Below are positions 10,557 to 20,433 of a stretch of 64,000 nt of DNA, in pieces; the first letter of the stretch is position 1; each line of letters opens with the position of its first letter. This DNA is from an uncultured Nitrospiraceae bacterium (GTDB taxonomy: Bacteria > Hydrogenedentota > Hydrogenedentia > Hydrogenedentales > SLHB01), in NCBI GenBank assembly GCA_964402555.1, contig CAYOCT010000003.1, forward strand, positions 125,146 through 189,145, written 5' to 3'. Both the position numbers and the translations under genes were made by a program. Below the pieces are notes generated by a model. It searched no databases. It was given only the letters and a program-made list of their open reading frames with translations, and had not been told where the DNA came from.

Positions 10557-11837
10557 ATGGGTGGATTGATACCGAAGAGGGATATACAGATGCGGCGGGC
10601 CTGTTTGTTTCTTGCGTTCACGGCGGGGGTAAGTGTTGCAGTCGCGGCGGGGGCCGTGGCGGTAGTGTTTCCGGATGCCAATTTGGACGCGGCAATCCGG
10701 GCGGCGCTGAACAAGCCCTCGGGCGATCTCGACGACACAGAGTTGGCGACGCTGACCTCGCTGGACGCGAGCGACAGGGGCATTTCGGATTTGACCGGTA
10801 TCGAGTACTGCGTCAATCTGCAGATGCTGCTGCTGAGCGCCAATAACATCAGCGACATCAGCCGCCTGGCGGGGTTGCACGCGCTTTCGCAACTCATGTT
10901 GTTCAGTAACCACTTGGCGGATATCACGCCGCTGGCGGGATTGACTTCGCTGACGTCGCTCCATCTTCACAATAACCAGATATCGGATGCGCATCCTCTG
11001 GCCGGTTTGACGCAGTTGACAGAACTGGACCTCCAAAACAACCCGCTGATGACCGCAGGCGAACTGTCGGCACTCGTGAACCTGGAATACCTTTCGCTAA
11101 GCGGCTGCCAATTGACGAGCATTACCCCGCTCGCGGGCATGACCACGCTGACGGCGCTCTATATCTCCAATAATCAGATTGCGGATATGAGTACGCTCGC
11201 GTTGCTGGCCAATCTCGAACGCCTGGACATCGGTAGCAATCCGATTGGCCATCTCGACGACGTGGCAGGCCTCACGAACTTGGTGTCGCTGGATGCGTAT
11301 GCGAGCCAATTGACCAGCCTATCGCCCGTGGCAGGGCTGCACAACCTGCATGTGCTCAACGTCATGGGGAACGCGATCGAAGATCTGTCCCCCGTGGCGG
11401 GCCTCACCGGACTGACCGATCTGAATGTGGGGTACAACCAGGTGCGTTCGCTCGCGCCGCTCGCCGGCCTGGCTAACCTGCTCGCGCTCCTGTTCCCAGC
11501 GAATCCGGTACCCGGCCTCGAACCGCTACGGGGGCTTGCCGAGTTGCGCAGCGCCGTGTTCTACGACTGCGGCGTGTGCGACTTGTCGCCGTTCGTCGGA
11601 TTGCCTAACCTGCAGATGATAGACACGGCATGCAATCCCCTCGGCGACGAAAGCATCGCGACGGTTATCCCGCAGTTACAGAATGCCGGCGTAAACGTCA
11701 ACTACGGCAATCAAGGCTGCCCCCAGGTCCCATACGGAGGACCATGCCAGGAAGAGGGAATGCCCGCGGCAGGCGCCATGGCGATGCTGGCGCTGGCGGC
11801 ACTGACGGCGGCGTCCGGGGCGCGACGGCTGAGGTGA
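10557..11837 (+). CDS. secreted leucine-rich-repeat (internalin-like LRR) protein with a C-terminal sorting-signal-like tail
   Basis: Signal peptide. About 14 LxxLxLxxNxIsDisPLagL repeats of 22 aa. C-terminus …EGMPAAGAMAMLALAALTAASGARRLR (hydrophobic helix plus basic tail). Confidence 0.75.
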   Translation: MGGLIPKRDIQMRRACLFLAFTAGVSVAVAAGAVAVVFPDANLDAAIRAALNKPSGDLDDTELATLTSLDASDRGISDLTGIEYCVNLQMLLLSANNISDISRLAGLHALSQLMLFSNHLADITPLAGLTSLTSLHLHNNQISDAHPLAGLTQLTELDLQNNPLMTAGELSALVNLEYLSLSGCQLTSITPLAGMTTLTALYISNNQIADMSTLALLANLERLDIGSNPIGHLDDVAGLTNLVSLDAYASQLTSLSPVAGLHNLHVLNVMGNAIEDLSPVAGLTGLTDLNVGYNQVRSLAPLAGLANLLALLFPANPVPGLEPLRGLAELRSAVFYDCGVCDLSPFVGLPNLQMIDTACNPLGDESIATVIPQLQNAGVNVNYGNQGCPQVPYGGPCQEEGMPAAGAMAMLALAALTAASGARRLR

Positions 11838-11949
11838 CTGCCGCGCGCCGCGTAGCCGCAACATCCGAATCTTCCAGACTCGGTTCCGTGTCACCTTTTC
11901 GGATACTTTCGCGACTGATATATGCTGGACAACGCGAAAGGATCCGACA

Positions 11950-13635
11950 ATGGAAGTCGAGACGTTAGTTGAAGCGACGCGGACAGGGGATACCCGCGCC
12001 TTTGGCCGCATCGTTGCCGCGTATCAGGGGTTGGTGTGTTCGGTCGCGTACAGTCTGACCGGCGACCTGCATCGAAGCGAAGATATCGCGCAAGAGACGT
12101 TTGTCGCGGCATGGCAGCGCATCCGCGATTTGCGCGACCCGCGCAAGCTGCCCGCGTGGTTATGCGGTATTGCGCGCAATCGCGCGCGATCCGCGGTCCG
12201 CGATGCTCAACACGACCCGTTGCGCGGCGCTGCCTCGATTGACGACCGGTCGGAAGCGGGCGCATCCGTCGAACCGGAGACGATGGAGGAGCCGGAGCGG
12301 CTCGAATTGGTCTGGCGGACCTTGGAGGAGATTCCCGAGGAATACCGCGAGCCACTGGTCCTATTCTATCGCGAAGGCCAATCGGTCCGCGACGTATCGG
12401 AAGCGCTCGAACTCTCCGAAGACTGCGTCAAGCAGCGCTTGTCGCGCGGCCGGAAGATGATGAAAGAACGCGTGGCGCGCCTGGTCGAGGAAACGCTCGA
12501 ACACACCCGGCCCGGCGAGGCGTTCACGGCAAGCGTCATGGCCGCGCTGCCTCCGCTGGCCATGCCTGCAAGTATCGCCGCGGCGGTCTCAGGTAAATCC
12601 GTGTGCGCGCTCAAGGCGGCTGCGGCCCTGGCGTGGCTTGCCGGTCCGATCATTGGCGTCACGGGCGGGTTCTTCGGCATGTGGGCCGGCATCCGCAACA
12701 GCCCGACGGTCCGCCTACGCCGCATGATGCTCCAGTGCGCATGCGTGACCTACGCCTTCATCTGGCTGTTCTTCGGTTATGAAGGGTTGTGCGGTGTATT
12801 CTTCTGGCGAGAGCCGCGAACGATGTACGCCCTGTGCGGCCTGGGCTGGGCCGTCTACATTCCCGCGTTGTGCGCGTTGATCTGGCACTCGAACCGGTGG
12901 TGGCGCCGCGTCGCTATCGAGGACGCCGGCGAACTCCCCGCGCCCGCAACGCCGCTCGAAGAATCGTCGCTCGCGCGTTCGCGCGTGCAACGCTGGTTCG
13001 CCGTGTCCCTGGCGCTTGCCGTTGCCGGATCGGTGGGCACGGTGATTTGGATCCACTCGATGCCATGGACGCGCGTTCTATGGCCGGCAGCGTTGCTTGG
13101 TGCCGCGCTCGCGCACTATGCCTTCTTCACCCTCTTTCGCAAGGGCATGGCGATCGCGCACGACGAGGCCGCGGTACGCGAGAACCCTTCGCCCCACACG
13201 CTGGACGAAGCCCTTCATCCCGCCCGCAAAGGCTCTCCGCCGAGCGAACGCGCCCGGTTCCTCAACGACCTTGCTGCGTTGGCTGGGAGCCTCTTCGGAC
13301 CGATGGCCCCTGCCTTCAGCGCCGCCCTCGGCGCGGGGCGTTATAGGTTCTGCGCAATCACAGGCGCCCTGACCCTGTCCGCATTCCTCTTCGGAATCTT
13401 CCTGCGAAGAACCCCAAACGGGCGTCGCTGGGGGTTCTTCGGGATCTACATGGCCATGGGCGTCATCTGCGGCGTAAGCACGGCCATGGCCGGTCCGTTC
13501 ATGGACGCGCCCGGTATCAGCCCGATGGCTGTCCGCCTTATCGAAGGCGCGGTCCCGCTTGCGCTCTACTGGGGCCTCGCGCTGGCCCTATGCTTCATCC
13601 TCGAACGCCCGGTTTCGCCCGCTGAGGAGAAGTAG
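11950..13635 (+). CDS. ECF (sigma-70 family) sigma factor fused to a C-terminal polytopic membrane domain
   Basis: N-terminal sigma2 region (DIAQETFVAAWQRIRDLRDPRKLPAWLCGIARNRA) and sigma4 region (EIPEEYREPLVLFYREGQSVRDVSEALELSEDCVKQRLSRGRKMMK). Residues from about 200 to the end contain at least 6 hydrophobic helices. Confidence 0.8.
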   Translation: MEVETLVEATRTGDTRAFGRIVAAYQGLVCSVAYSLTGDLHRSEDIAQETFVAAWQRIRDLRDPRKLPAWLCGIARNRARSAVRDAQHDPLRGAASIDDRSEAGASVEPETMEEPERLELVWRTLEEIPEEYREPLVLFYREGQSVRDVSEALELSEDCVKQRLSRGRKMMKERVARLVEETLEHTRPGEAFTASVMAALPPLAMPASIAAAVSGKSVCALKAAAALAWLAGPIIGVTGGFFGMWAGIRNSPTVRLRRMMLQCACVTYAFIWLFFGYEGLCGVFFWREPRTMYALCGLGWAVYIPALCALIWHSNRWWRRVAIEDAGELPAPATPLEESSLARSRVQRWFAVSLALAVAGSVGTVIWIHSMPWTRVLWPAALLGAALAHYAFFTLFRKGMAIAHDEAAVRENPSPHTLDEALHPARKGSPPSERARFLNDLAALAGSLFGPMAPAFSAALGAGRYRFCAITGALTLSAFLFGIFLRRTPNGRRWGFFGIYMAMGVICGVSTAMAGPFMDAPGISPMAVRLIEGAVPLALYWGLALALCFILERPVSPAEEK

Positions 13636-13780
13636 GCCCACTTCGTCCACAACGTCCACGCCGTCCCTTGCGAGAATGTTTTCCCGCCTCTTTTGTGCTA
13701 CTATGCTTCGGCGAATCGGGTCCGCGATTCGGGACCGGATCTCGTGGAACCTCATGGAAGGTTAACTCAGTCCATGGCTG

Positions 13781-16336
13781 GTGGAAGCCCGCCGCGGGAA
13801 GAGGGGTGCGACGCATATGGCCGGTACGGAAGCGAGTAACGACGCGAACCGTTTAAGCATGGAAGACTTGAACGCCGGAGGGCGGTTCAAGGTCAAGAAG
13901 TATCTCAAGAGCGGCGGCATGGGCGACGTGTATCTCGCCGAGGACGACCTGCACCGCCGCGTGGTCCTCAAGACGATCCGCTCGGATAAGAACATGGACA
14001 CCGAGTTCCAGAAGCGGATCGAGCGCGAATGCCAGTTGCACGCCAAGGTCGGCACGCATCCGCACATCGTCACGCTGTACGACCGCACGACCATCCGCGA
14101 TCAGCAGGTCCTCATCATGGAATACGTCGACGGCGAGACCCTGCAGGAGCGGCTCGAATCGTACAAGAACCAGGGCAAGATCATCCCGTTGCACGACGCC
14201 CTGCTCATCGCGGCGCAATGCCTGGACGCGCTGTCGCGCATTCACGCGCACAAGATCGTGCATCGCGATATCAAGCCGGCGAACCTGATGCTGACGGTGG
14301 ACGAGGACAGCCAAATCTGCGCGAAGCTGATGGACTTCGGGATCGCGCGGCGCACGGAAGAGGAAACCCTGGCCACGTTCGCCACGGGCGACGGCAGCCG
14401 CGGTCCCGGCACGCCCGCCTATATGGCGCCCGAGCAGATCGATTCGCGCAAGTTCGGCCAGGTCTCCGAGGCAACCGACATCTATGCCGTCGGCGTCATG
14501 CTGTACGAGATGATCTCCGGCGCGACGCCGTTCACGGGAACGCTGACCGACGTCATGATCGGACACCTGACGCGCCAAGTGCCGCCCCTTCAACCGGCGG
14601 CGGGCGCGTTCGTGCCGGCCGAAGTCACCGACGTCATCAACATCGCGTTGAGCAAGAACCCCAAGAACCGATTCCCGAGCGCGAAAGCGTTTCGCGACGA
14701 ACTCAAGCAATTGCTCCAGGGCCAGGTGTCGCTCGATTCCGTAACGACGCCCGTGCAAGAGTTGAACTCGTTTCAGTTGGACGTCGACAACGCCATGACG
14801 CTGCCAACCTCGGGCCAGGCGCAAGCGCAGACCACGCCCGCGCCCGGACGCCTGGTTGCGCAGGCCCCGGCCGCTCCCGCGCAGCCGGTGGCGGAACGCA
14901 CGATGCTCTCCGGAAGCACGACGAACTGCGCGCCGCCGGCCCGCCGCAAAGGCGTGCTTGTCCCCGCGATCGCAGCCGTCGTGCTGCTCGGGTTCTGCGC
15001 GGTCTCCGGCGTGCTCATCTTCGATCGCCTGCGGCAGAAGCCCGAACCGGCGCCGGCCGCGCCGGCCACGCAGCCTGCGCCCGCCCCCGCGGCATCCGCG
15101 GAGCCCCCGGCGAAGGCGCCTGAAGCGCTATCGGGCGCGGCGCAGATCGAGGCCAGTTCGAAAGCCGAAGCCACGCTGAAAAATGCCAGCACCATGGAAG
15201 CCTCGCTGACACAAGAAGCGCGCGAACTCGCAGCGAAGGATGTCCAGGACGGCCACGACAGCATGGACCGCGGGCATAAGGCCTACGATTCTAAGGACTT
15301 CGTCAAGGCGCAGGAGGAGTACGACGCGGCCCTTGCCCATTTCAAGACGGCGTCCGAAATCCTGGCCAAGCGCGACGAAGCCAGCGTAGCGAAGACAAGC
15401 GCCGAAGCCGCGAAAGCGGCGCTGCCGCCCAATGCCGCGGAGGCAGCATCGAAAGAAACCGCCGACGCCGACGAGGCGTTCAAGAACGCAAACGACGCGT
15501 GGGATAAGCAGGATTTCGGCGCCGCGAAAGAGAAGTACGTGTCCGCCGAGGAGCAGTACGAGGCGGTGGCAGGCTTGGCCAACGGCTACACGGATGCGAA
15601 GGCCGCCAAGACGGAAGCGGAGTACGCCCACGAGAGAGTAGCGGGCAAGACTACGGATGCGGATATTCTCAAGTCGGCGAACGCGAATCTGGATCAGGGC
15701 GCCGAGGCCTGGGAGGCAAAGAACTACGACGCGTCGAAGAAGTTCTATAGCTTGGCCAAGAACCAGTATGACGATGCCGTCAAAGCGGGTGAAGCCCAGG
15801 CCGCCATGGCAGCCAAAGCGTCCGAAGCAGCCGAAAGCGTGAAGAAGTTGCAGGCGTCGGCCCAGTCCGCCAAGAACGCGATCCCGAACGAAGCCAAGGG
15901 CCTCGACGAGGTCAAAGCGGGCGACGCGGCCTTCGCCAAGGCCGAGGAAGCCATGGCCAGGCAAGACCTCCAAGGCGCCGGACAGCAGTATCAGACCGCG
16001 CTAAGCAAGTACGGCGCGGCGAGAAAGAAGATCGAGGCGGCGCGGGCGGCGCAACCGCCTGCCCCTGCCCCTGCCCCTGCAACGGCTCAAGCTGCCGCCC
16101 CGGCTCCATCGACCCAGGGAGGCAGCGCTTCGGAAGCGTTCTCAGCAGCCACGCAGAACCAGCCGCCTCCGCCCCCGCCACCTCAGCCCGCTTCGCCTCC
16201 GCCATCGCAATCGTCGGCTGCTCAGACGGTCACTTCGTCGCAGCCGGCGCCGGCGCCTCCGCCGCCATCCCAGCCCTCGCGCCCATCCGGTGGGAGTTCC
16301 AGAAGTGGCGGTCTTCGTAACAGGGCGGTGGACTAA
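13781..16336 (+). CDS. Ser/Thr protein kinase, membrane-anchored, with an extracytoplasmic Ala/Lys-rich repeat region and a Pro-rich tail
   Basis: Hanks motifs HRDIKPANLML, DFGIAR, GTPAYMAPEQ. TM helix VLVPAIAAVVLLGFCAVSGVLIF. Four approximately 45-aa repeats with a conserved (K/D)xxDFxxAxExYxxA core. C-terminal PAPAPAP/PPPPPQP low complexity. Confidence 0.85.
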   Translation: MEARRGKRGATHMAGTEASNDANRLSMEDLNAGGRFKVKKYLKSGGMGDVYLAEDDLHRRVVLKTIRSDKNMDTEFQKRIERECQLHAKVGTHPHIVTLYDRTTIRDQQVLIMEYVDGETLQERLESYKNQGKIIPLHDALLIAAQCLDALSRIHAHKIVHRDIKPANLMLTVDEDSQICAKLMDFGIARRTEEETLATFATGDGSRGPGTPAYMAPEQIDSRKFGQVSEATDIYAVGVMLYEMISGATPFTGTLTDVMIGHLTRQVPPLQPAAGAFVPAEVTDVINIALSKNPKNRFPSAKAFRDELKQLLQGQVSLDSVTTPVQELNSFQLDVDNAMTLPTSGQAQAQTTPAPGRLVAQAPAAPAQPVAERTMLSGSTTNCAPPARRKGVLVPAIAAVVLLGFCAVSGVLIFDRLRQKPEPAPAAPATQPAPAPAASAEPPAKAPEALSGAAQIEASSKAEATLKNASTMEASLTQEARELAAKDVQDGHDSMDRGHKAYDSKDFVKAQEEYDAALAHFKTASEILAKRDEASVAKTSAEAAKAALPPNAAEAASKETADADEAFKNANDAWDKQDFGAAKEKYVSAEEQYEAVAGLANGYTDAKAAKTEAEYAHERVAGKTTDADILKSANANLDQGAEAWEAKNYDASKKFYSLAKNQYDDAVKAGEAQAAMAAKASEAAESVKKLQASAQSAKNAIPNEAKGLDEVKAGDAAFAKAEEAMARQDLQGAGQQYQTALSKYGAARKKIEAARAAQPPAPAPAPATAQAAAPAPSTQGGSASEAFSAATQNQPPPPPPPQPASPPPSQSSAAQTVTSSQPAPAPPPPSQPSRPSGGSSRSGGLRNRAVD

Positions 16337-16363
16337 GTGGACTGAGTGGACGGGCAGCCGAGG

Positions 16364-17296
16364 TTATGCGTGCGGATGCGCGTCGCGGTAGACCTGCTTG
16401 AGCCGATCGATGCTGACGTGGGTGTAGATCTGCGTGCTCGACAGGCTTTCATGCCCGAGCAATTCCTGGACGACACGGAGATCGGCGCCGGCATCGAGCA
16501 TGTGCGTCGCGAAGGTGTGGCGCAACGTGTGGGGCGATATTTCGTGGCGTCCTGGCAACGCCTCGCGCGCATACCTTTCGATCACGCGCTGGACGCTGCG
16601 CGTCGTCAGTGGGCCGCCGCGCCAGTTCACAAACAGCCGGTCATGCGAGGGACGGCCGAATTCCAGCCGCACGCTTAGATAGGCGCGAATTGCCGCCACG
16701 GCGTATTGCCCGAGATGCGCGATGCGTTCCTTCTTGCGTTTGCCCATGACGGCCATCGCCATGCCCGCCAGGTCCAAATGGCCCAGCCGCAGCCCGCAGA
16801 GTTCGCTCGCCCGGATCCCGCTCGAATACAACGTTTCGATAATCGCGCGGTCCCGGACGCCCAGCGGTTCCGAGACATCCGGCGCTTCGATCAGCGCCGT
16901 CACCTCGGGGATGCTCAACACGTCGGGCAGGTTGCGATCGAGCTTCGGCGACTTGACGGTCTGCGCGGGACTGTCTTCGAGTTCGCCCATGCGGACGAAG
17001 AACTTGTACGCGGCGCGGACCGCGGCCAGCTTGCGCGCCGAGGTGCGGGACGTCCCGCCGGTGGTCTGGACGTGCGCAAGAAACGCGCGGATGTCGTTGC
17101 GCGTGGCGCGCTGCAGCGCCCCGAACGAGGCCGGGGGCCGTTCCTCGTCCGGCGCGCGCTCGAAGGCCTTCGGGCCGTGGAGGGCGTAATCGCAGAACTG
17201 ATCCAGGTCGTTAAGATACGCGCGGACCGTGTGCGCGGAAAACCCGCGCTCGACTTCAAGGTACTTGACGAACCGCTCGATTTCGGCAGGATACAT
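16364..17296 (-). CDS. xerC: tyrosine recombinase XerC/XerD family
   Basis: N-terminal core-binding domain (FVKYLEVERGFSAHTVRAYLNDL). C-terminal catalytic region HTLRHTFATHMLDAGADLRVVQELLGHESLSSTQIYTHV (R..H..R..Y). An alternative upstream start exists at 17308. Confidence 0.85.
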   Translation of the reverse strand: MYPAEIERFVKYLEVERGFSAHTVRAYLNDLDQFCDYALHGPKAFERAPDEERPPASFGALQRATRNDIRAFLAHVQTTGGTSRTSARKLAAVRAAYKFFVRMGELEDSPAQTVKSPKLDRNLPDVLSIPEVTALIEAPDVSEPLGVRDRAIIETLYSSGIRASELCGLRLGHLDLAGMAMAVMGKRKKERIAHLGQYAVAAIRAYLSVRLEFGRPSHDRLFVNWRGGPLTTRSVQRVIERYAREALPGRHEISPHTLRHTFATHMLDAGADLRVVQELLGHESLSSTQIYTHVSIDRLKQVYRDAHPHA

Positions 17297-17363
17297 AGGC
17301 GCGGGCAAGCCGTTCCGTCCACTGCGTCCACAACGTCCACTTCGTCCACCGTCGCAGGGGCAG

Positions 17364-17510
17364 CTATTTCTTCTCCAGAATGATCAGGAAGTCGTTGTAG
17401 CTCTTGCCATGGTTCGCCACGATCGACACGACGGTCCATCCGTCGGCCAGCATCGCGTCGAGTTTCTCTTTTCCGGAACCGTTCGATTCGATGATCAACG
17501 CTTTTTGCAT
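17364..17510 (-). CDS. small hypothetical protein (48 aa)
   Basis: ORF MQKALIIESNGSGKEKLDAMLADGWTVVSIVANHGKSYNDFLIILEKK, immediately downstream of the symporter gene. Not in the ORF track. Coding status uncertain. Confidence 0.3.
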   Translation of the reverse strand: MQKALIIESNGSGKEKLDAMLADGWTVVSIVANHGKSYNDFLIILEKK

Positions 17511-17593
17511 CGTCCTTCCCTTTCGCGTTTTCAGTCGCTGTATCGTAGTCTCGATCGGATTCTAACTCGAACCCGCGCCGGATTCCCAGTCCG

Positions 17594-19357
17594 TCAGGCG
17601 GCGCTGCCGCGCGCCTGCCGCGCGAGTAGCGCCCCGGCACAGGCCAGCCCCACGCCCAGGATCGCGTCGAGCGCGAGAGCGGTCGTCCCCGCGGCCCACG
17701 GCAGCACGGCGATCATCATCAGGCCGATGGCCGCGATGCAGATGCCCACGATCCGGAACGGCGACATCATCGCGGCGTGGCCGGACGACTTGTCGGCGTC
17801 TTCGTCCAGCCCGCCGATCGGCGTCGCGAGCCGATTGAAGAACGCCTCGACCCGGGCGCGCGCGGCGGCGTCGAATGGGCTCAGCACGCTGGCCAGCGCC
17901 ATCGCGGCCAGCGTCACGACCGAGGTGCTCGCGAACAACAGGATTTCCGTCTTCACCGCAAACCCGCGGAATAGGAGTTCGTCCTTCTCGGGATTCCACT
18001 CGATCCCGGAAGCCGTGAACGCAAACATCCCGCGCGAGAGGAAGAACAGGACAAGTCCCACCGAAACGCCACACAGGAACCCCGCGATCGCGCCTCCGTT
18101 CGTGACTCGTTTCGACACCAGGCCGAGCAGCATGGGAATCGCCACGGGCGCCGTCGCCACTCCGAACAGAGTAACCATGATCCGGAACAGGTTCTCAGCC
18201 TTGCCGCGCGCCATGACGAACGCCGCGGCCAAGCCTATCACACCGATCAGCAGGGTCATCGCGCGGCCGACAAACACGAGTTCGCGTTCGGTGGCCCTGG
18301 GCCGGATCAGGCGTTTGTACACGTCGTTGGTCAGCACGCTCGCGCAGACGTTGTAGTCGCCGCTCAACGTCGACATCGTCGCGGCAAACATCGCTGCGAT
18401 CGCGAGGCCAAGCATGCCCGCGGGCAGCAGTTGCGCGCACAACGTCGGGTAGATGTCGCCTGCATCGGCGAGCGCGGGGATGAATTGCCGCCCGGCAATC
18501 GCCGGGAAGAACATCAGCGGCGGTCCGACGATATACAACGCGATCACGAGCCAGCCCACCTTCATCGCGTCGCGCTCTTTGGGCACGCAGTAGTAACGCT
18601 GGATGAGCGACCAGTTGATGCTGCTCCACGCGAGCGCGTAGAGCGCGATTACGGGGATCACGTAGGACCACCCGAACTCGTCGTTCGTGGGTCGGAAGAA
18701 CCCTTCGGGCGATTGCGCGATAACCGCGTGCAGCCCGCCGGCCTTCATGACCGACAGCGGCAGGATGACGAGTATCCCCGCGGTCAGCACGACGAACTGG
18801 ATAAAGTCCGTCACCGAGACCGCCCACACGCCGCCCAAGAACGTGTACACAAGCATGATCCCGCCCGCGCCGAGGATGCTCTCGCCAATCGGCAGTCCCG
18901 AGCAGATCGCGATGAACTTGCCGGTCGCGTACAGCTTGATGCCGTCGTCCACAATCTTGACCGGCACGCCCTGCCACGCGAACAACTGGCGCAGCAGCGC
19001 GCTGTAGCGTGTCTCGATATACTCGACCGGACTGTCGATGCGCGCGCGCCGCCAGCGTTTGGCGAAGAACGTCACGCTGAACAGGGTCGCCGGCACCGCG
19101 ACCCACAACAGCGTCACGCCGACCCAGCCGTAGCGGTAACAAAGCGACGGGTAGAACACGAACGCGGCGACGCTGAAACTCGTCATGTAGAACGACACGC
19201 CGCTGAGCCACCACGGGATCGCGTTGCGGCCCGTGAAGTAATCCTTCATCACGCGCATGTGCCGGTAGAAGTACAGGCCGATGCCGAGCATCAGCACGAA
19301 GTACCCCGCCAGCATAGCGAAGTCGGGGAACTGCAGATGCCCTTGCGCTCCGCTCAT
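17594..19357 (-). CDS. sodium:solute symporter family (SSF) transporter
   Basis: 587 aa with 13-14 predicted TM helices. The N-terminus (GYFVLMLGIGLYFYRHMRVMKDYFTGRNAIPWWLSGVSFYMTSFS) is typical of SSF/PutP-like symporters. Confidence 0.85.
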   Translation of the reverse strand: MSGAQGHLQFPDFAMLAGYFVLMLGIGLYFYRHMRVMKDYFTGRNAIPWWLSGVSFYMTSFSVAAFVFYPSLCYRYGWVGVTLLWVAVPATLFSVTFFAKRWRRARIDSPVEYIETRYSALLRQLFAWQGVPVKIVDDGIKLYATGKFIAICSGLPIGESILGAGGIMLVYTFLGGVWAVSVTDFIQFVVLTAGILVILPLSVMKAGGLHAVIAQSPEGFFRPTNDEFGWSYVIPVIALYALAWSSINWSLIQRYYCVPKERDAMKVGWLVIALYIVGPPLMFFPAIAGRQFIPALADAGDIYPTLCAQLLPAGMLGLAIAAMFAATMSTLSGDYNVCASVLTNDVYKRLIRPRATERELVFVGRAMTLLIGVIGLAAAFVMARGKAENLFRIMVTLFGVATAPVAIPMLLGLVSKRVTNGGAIAGFLCGVSVGLVLFFLSRGMFAFTASGIEWNPEKDELLFRGFAVKTEILLFASTSVVTLAAMALASVLSPFDAAARARVEAFFNRLATPIGGLDEDADKSSGHAAMMSPFRIVGICIAAIGLMMIAVLPWAAGTTALALDAILGVGLACAGALLARQARGSAA

Positions 19358-19498
19358 GGCAACTCCTCGTCATATGGAGTGCGGTGGCTTGACACCGCCC
19401 TGTTAAGGCGCGGCTTGACGCGCCGGGTCATGCATGCAGGTCTCGGTGCGTCAAGCCGCACCGAAGTATGGCGGTGTCAAGCCACCGCACTCCATACG

Positions 19499-20359
19499 CT
19501 AGACAAACGTTCCTATTCTGCGCAGATACGCGACCGAATCGGCGATAGCCTGCTTTGTCTGTTCCTCGTTCAGCTCTACCCCCTTGACGCCTTCGAACTC
19601 GATCGTGAACGGTCCCGCGTAACGATGCTCTTTGAGCACCTTGAAGACGCCGGGGAAATCGACCTTGCCCGTGCCCAGCGCAGGAAAAGTCCACGATTCG
19701 AAGTTGGCGTCATGGTCTTTGAGTTCGACCGTCGCGACGTAATCGACGATCTTCTTCAACTCGTCCACGGCGGTCGTGTTCTTGTTGTAGAACGTGATGT
19801 TGCCTGTGTCGAAATTGATCCGCACGTTCGGATGATCGATGGCCTTCATCGTTTCGAGTTGCACGTCGCCGTTCGTGCACAACTCCGGATGTGTCTCGAG
19901 CGAGATCGTCACGCCATGTTGCTTCGCCGCTTCGCCTGCACGGCGCAACCGCTCGTACACGACGGATTTCTCCGCCCCGTTGCACTTCGCGCTCAGGAAC
20001 ATGTAGTCGACGCCCATCTTCCGGCAGATGCCCGCCTGCGCCGCGAGCTCGTCCACACACCCATCCTTGGACAGGTCCGTGTTCCCGCGAATCACGAGCG
20101 GCTTCAGATGGCTGCTCTCGAGCTTCTTCTCGATCTCGGGCAACTGTTCTGGCGTCGGGACGGGGAGAAACAGGTAGTGCACACCGATCGAGGGCAGGTG
20201 CGTCCACGCGGCGTCGGCGAATTTCCCGTAGCTCGCGGTGCGGCACCCCAATCGCCATCCTTGGAGTTCCGCGTGCGCGCCGCGCGCCAACGCCAGCGCC
20301 GCCGCGGCCATCCCGGACTGTTTAAGAAATCCCCGGCGTGTCGATGTCGAGCCAGCCAT
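19499..20359 (-). CDS. sugar phosphate isomerase/epimerase (xylose-isomerase-like TIM barrel) with a TAT signal
   Basis: Twin-arginine motif (TRRGFLKQSGMAAAALALARGAHA) at the chosen internal ATG. TIM-barrel AP-endonuclease-2 family pattern (…ISLETHPE…INFDTGN…). The ORF extends to 20566, but that upstream part is low-complexity. Confidence 0.65.
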   Translation of the reverse strand: MAGSTSTRRGFLKQSGMAAAALALARGAHAELQGWRLGCRTASYGKFADAAWTHLPSIGVHYLFLPVPTPEQLPEIEKKLESSHLKPLVIRGNTDLSKDGCVDELAAQAGICRKMGVDYMFLSAKCNGAEKSVVYERLRRAGEAAKQHGVTISLETHPELCTNGDVQLETMKAIDHPNVRINFDTGNITFYNKNTTAVDELKKIVDYVATVELKDHDANFESWTFPALGTGKVDFPGVFKVLKEHRYAGPFTIEFEGVKGVELNEEQTKQAIADSVAYLRRIGTFV

Positions 20360-20433
20360 ATCCTTGCCTCCTTTTCGGTCCCAAGCGAGATTCGCGTCAT
20401 TCAGAATGCCAGGTGGTCCGGCGTCACACGCGC

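Noticed and set aside
13853-15973. ORFs 13853-14824(-), 14029-15123(+) and 15128-15973(-) over the Ser/Thr kinase gene
   Set aside because: Antisense or alternative frames of a gene with unambiguous Hanks kinase motifs.
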